Positions 60,146 to 64,000 of a DNA stretch of 64,000 nucleotides are shown here, piece after piece. The DNA is taken from positions 87,730,001 through 87,794,000 of the forward strand of contig CM060731.1 in the NCBI GenBank assembly GCA_030704615.1, given 5' to 3'. Both the position numbers and the translations under genes were made by a program. The notes under the pieces were generated by a model. That model had not been told where the DNA came from, did not search any database, and saw only the letters and a program-made list of their open reading frames with translations. The DNA comes from Takakia lepidozioides. Its lineage: Eukaryota > Plantae > Bryophyta. Numbering within the stretch: the first letter of the stretch is position 1; each line of letters opens with the position of its first letter.

Positions 60146-62766
60146 TAGTTAGCAGGTTCTGCCGCCCTCTTTTTAGGTTTCTTAGGCCCCGGCCGCACCT
60201 GCGGGTTATCTAGGGGGCCAGTAGCTGCGGCTACCGCGCCTGTTAGCTAGCGGGTCTGGCAGGAAATTAGGCGGCGGCTGCACCCGGCCGCTAACAAACT
60301 GCACACGACAGTTTGTTAACTGGGGCGCAAACAGAAAATAGTTTGGGCTGCCCGATATGTATCACCAAAAAATCACGGAAAGTCTTCCCCCTGCGCGGCT
60401 ATGGCGGGGTGACGAGCTCGGGAGCTCCTCGACTGTGACGAAGGAGTTGCAGGGAAGAAGAGCTGTTGGGAATGGGAAGCAAGTGAGGTAACTGACGCCA
60501 GATCCGCCACGATATGGCTGGAGGAACATGACCGAGAATGCTGCAGGGAAGAAGAGCTGTGGAGTTCATTTCTGTTAGGTGTCCTTTGGATCCTATGGGC
60601 TTCCCATGAATGGAATAGTTTTCTCTATTCCTTTCTCTAGAGCTGTTATCTCCCTGCTCTATGATATATTCAGGAAGGAATCTGTCCCAATTAGGTTGTA
60701 GTCAAGAGAAGTTCATTACCCATTTACATGCCTCGCAATGGGAGAGATGAAAGTTCACACCTAAGGACAGATCCTATTGTTCAACATGGTACTGGTATGG
60801 TATCTGATACTCTTCAACATGGTGGGTGATGGTTGGTTCTCACGACTCACGAGGTCGGTCAGGTGAGCCCCACAACGAAGGAATGCTTGGATTTGAATTA
60901 TTAGCTGCCCAATGACCACAAGCAATGACATGTAGTGCACTGGCTAGGAATCTCTAGGTAGAGGAAACTGTGTGCAAGGGAAGCCCTGAAGGCGTTCTGC
61001 ATTGGTGTACATATATTTTTTTCTATTTGCTTCGCTTCCATTATGATAAGTGGGCTGTTGCCCACTCTACTGGGTTCCTGATCACACTGAAAGGAGAGTA
61101 TGACAGGAATATGGCTAACAGAATGTGCTAAGTCATGTGAGAAAATCACCTCTGGATGTACCCAACAAGCAAGCGTCACCAAATCTTGAGCGAATCTTCC
61201 TTTGGCACTCTTCCCTTGCTGTGACAGCCCACCCAAAAACCCACATCATTTGCCCTGCATATATAGAAACAGGCGTAAAGCGTGACAACAAGAAGCAAAA
61301 GAGATTATGCAATTCTTTGAATTCTCCTCTTGATAGGACATACATGAAAATTAGACACGTAGACAGAGAGGATAGCATGGCCAACTTACAGAATGGCCCC
61401 ATACACAAGAATCTGAGCCCACAACTGAGCCTGCTGAGCAGTAGAAGGAGCTTCTGATGAGGGTGCTGACTCGGTACTCAATTCCACCGTTAAAACCGGC
61501 TCGCTGTCCTCACAAGTATGTCCATATGTTGCACCTTGTGTAGCCATTACTTTCTTCACCAAAAATTCAGAAACCTGAGGAGGTTCAGCTCCAATCTTTG
61601 GCAAATTCAACCAGCTCTTTTGACGAATGTTCAGGAACGCGTGTCTTAGCATTGAAATTGATTCTCTGAACTCCACTACCCTCGCTTTGATCCACCTTTA
61701 TTTTCTCAGACCCAGTAGGGTTCTCTAATTCGAATTTAGAAGGTGCAAAACCCAATTCATGTGCTCTTGAGAGGTCCATACATTGGTTCCCAATGTAGAG
61801 AGCGGTTCTAGCTCCACCTCCAGAGCTTCCATGAGTCCTTCCAGCTGAATAGTTACTGGGTGACTGCCTCCTATTGTGGTATCTTTCAGTCTCTTGTCCA
61901 TTCATTGCATCATAGGTATTAGTTTTTAATATGACCGGCTTCTCCAGGAGAAGCATAGAAGGTGTTGCACCTCCTACTTCAAAGCCCCTTACATTTGTTT
62001 CAAATTTTGAGAATGCTTCTGACCCTCCTTCCAAAGGGGGTGTCTTGGCATGGTGCCCAAAGGCAACATTTAGCCACCAAAATTCAGCATTGTTGACAAG
62101 TTCAAACACACTGAATAGATTCCACAAGTTTTGATAAGCAGATCATTACCATAAAGAGTCCATATGGGAACATTACAGTGTCTTTTTGGTCCAGGATAAG
62201 ACACGAGACAACAGCTGTGGATAGTGGGAAGACATTACCTGCTTCAGGAATGACAAAAACTGGAGACTGGATGTCTGGCTCCTTGGTAAGATGTGTCCCC
62301 ACAACCTCTGTTTTCCCTGTATGCGAGTCAGATGTCTTCATTTTCAAGTCACTGTTCTTTAGGCGATCTTAACCCTACTTTTTATCCCTTCCACCGATTT
62401 TCAAGTCATTGGTGGCTGCATGGCAGGAGTGCGGGCAAACAACCAAAAAAAACAAAGAAAATCTTCTTGTCTCTCCCCTTCTTCCTCCCTGCCTCCTCTC
62501 TCAATGCCTCTCATTGTCTTGTTGCTTTCAGGGAAACGAAGCTGAAGTTGAAACAGAGTTGAAGCTCGGCAACTACCTTGTTGCGCGCAGGAGCGGGGTG
62601 AAGTCGCAAGCACACTGCCCGATTTTTAGCGGTGACCGTGATTTAGCACCTGGGGAGGAGGTACTAAATGTCAGAGAAATCCTAACGGCTGCTAGGAGCC
62701 CGCTAGCTAACGGGATCCGTAACTTGTAGGTGCGGCAGTCGCCTGGCAGCTAACGGCTGCTAACTA
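60146..62766. mobile_element. Possible non-autonomous TIR element with captured gene fragments
   Basis: TAGTTAGCAG..CTGCTAACTA, both flanked by GCT; GC-rich GCTAAC/GCGG subtermini; exon-like minus ORFs 61386-62347. Confidence 0.4.
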
Positions 62767-62991
62767 GCTTAGCATCCAAGTGCTGCCTTTTTTTTTCAGT
62801 TCAGGCAGGCAGGCCGTAAACTGCCACCTTTAATTATTTACTGATGGAAGATTCTGGGCATGGTCCAAGCAGATGACACTCTGCCCGGTTTGCTGCCCGT
62901 TCCATAGTGCATTATTTTTATTATTATTAATCTCAATAGTTCAAGAGAGAGGGTGCATGCAGATACTGATGCTCGTTGCCATTGTTTTCAG

Positions 62992-63149
62992 GAACAAAAA
63001 GTGGATCGAGCAAAGTTTTGGGCCACTGAAGATGGTGGCATAGTTGGCAAAAGCACTGGAATCAAAAGACTGGATTATAAAAAATGTTGAAGTTGAAGCA
63101 AGTCTTGTAAAGCAGGTTGCCGGTGCCACAAACGACAAGGCTAGAGATG
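62992..63149 (+). pseudogene. Single degenerate chaperonin-60 (HSP60/GroEL family) exon
   Basis: IEQSFG..KNVEVEASLVKQVAGATNDKARDG, bounded by TTTTCAG| and |GTAAG. Confidence 0.7.
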
Positions 63150-63839
63150 GTAAGGACACTCTGCTCTCTAATTGTCTTTTGAAGAAATTTATATGGGCTA
63201 CATTCTGCACCTTGATCAATATGAAACAATGCCTATGTGGGCTTAACTACCCCAAGAGTTTACTCGTGAAAGGAGTTTTGACTGTCAAGGAAGTTGAAAC
63301 CGATGTTATTATTTTGAAGCCTTTGCGAATTGGTCATGGGGAAGAATCACACAACAGTCCTAGGACGAGCCATTTTCACAGAAGGTTTAGAGTCAGCGGC
63401 AGAATGAATGCCATGGATTTGAGCTGAGGTAGTAAGTAACCTTGCTGTGGATGCTGTGGTCACACACTTGAAGGGTCGGGCAAAAATGATCAGCACGTCT
63501 CAGGAAATTACCCAGGCAAGCACTTCCTTTGTTCCATCACCAGCTTTTCCTCCTGCAATTGGCATTACAGAGTTTCCTCTCTGGTAATTCACGGACCCCT
63601 TTCTCTCTTCCTCCTTCTCTTCTCTGTATTTTTCTTCTTCTTTTTCTTCTTTGTTCTTATCCGGCCACCATGTGTTTACTTTTTCGGTCTTCTTCGGAGT
63701 GTTTCCTTGCTCTTTTGTTTTAGTGATAGCCAACAACATGGCGGTTTTCCCATTACTTCTGGAAATGTTACAGAAACTCAGGATGTTGGGGGAGCGGATA
63801 TGTCGTGAGAGCGAGCGGCTGGTTCGGGTTAGGCTCGGG

Positions 63840-64000
63840 TCCGGGAATATTCCGAGAATATTTTCTGGAGTATCCCAATAATACCAACAAAGAATATTCG
63901 AATATACCAGAAATATCTTATGAATATTTCAAAAATATGACAAGAATATCCTAAGAATAACATACCTAGAATATATCAAGAATATTCGAATATGCCAAGA
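63840..64000. repeat. GAATAT(T/C) repeats, possibly subterminal repeats of an element beyond the window
   Basis: About 10 AGAATAT-like motifs. Confidence 0.4.

Overview
Repeat-dense eukaryotic DNA, probably from a non-seed land plant (PLS/E+ PPR remnants, spliceosomal introns, Ty3/gypsy, hAT and PIF/Harbinger elements). I see no intact host gene. The main structure is a family of large cargo-carrying DNA transposons. One ~13.9-kb hAT element reads: terminus CAGGGTTGCA, ~51-bp-period palindrome array, BED-hAT transposase, RING-H2 gene, 120-bp satellite, convergent protein kinase, palindrome array, terminus CTTAGTTGCA. It is inserted, with an 8-bp target duplication (AAAACAGT/GAAACAGT), into a ~117-bp palindromic intron array of a gene that fuses a ParB/Srx-like domain to a beta-class (N4C/N6A-type) DNA methyltransferase. 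The nest is now in two pieces: the kinase N-half ends at 11389 (+) and the C-half starts at ~53979 (-). Flipping ~11390-53980 rejoins the kinase, the hAT element, its TSD and the ParB-MTase gene. Paralogous copies of the kinase, RING, hAT and MTase genes are also present. Other elements: a full-length Harbinger, a hAT MITE, two tRNA-SINEs with TSDs, an RLE-type LINE 3' end, three tandem F-box-only ORFs behind an LTR, gypsy fragments and an HSP60 exon remnant. Most ORFs carry stops or frameshifts. All family calls come from reading motifs by eye; no searches were run.
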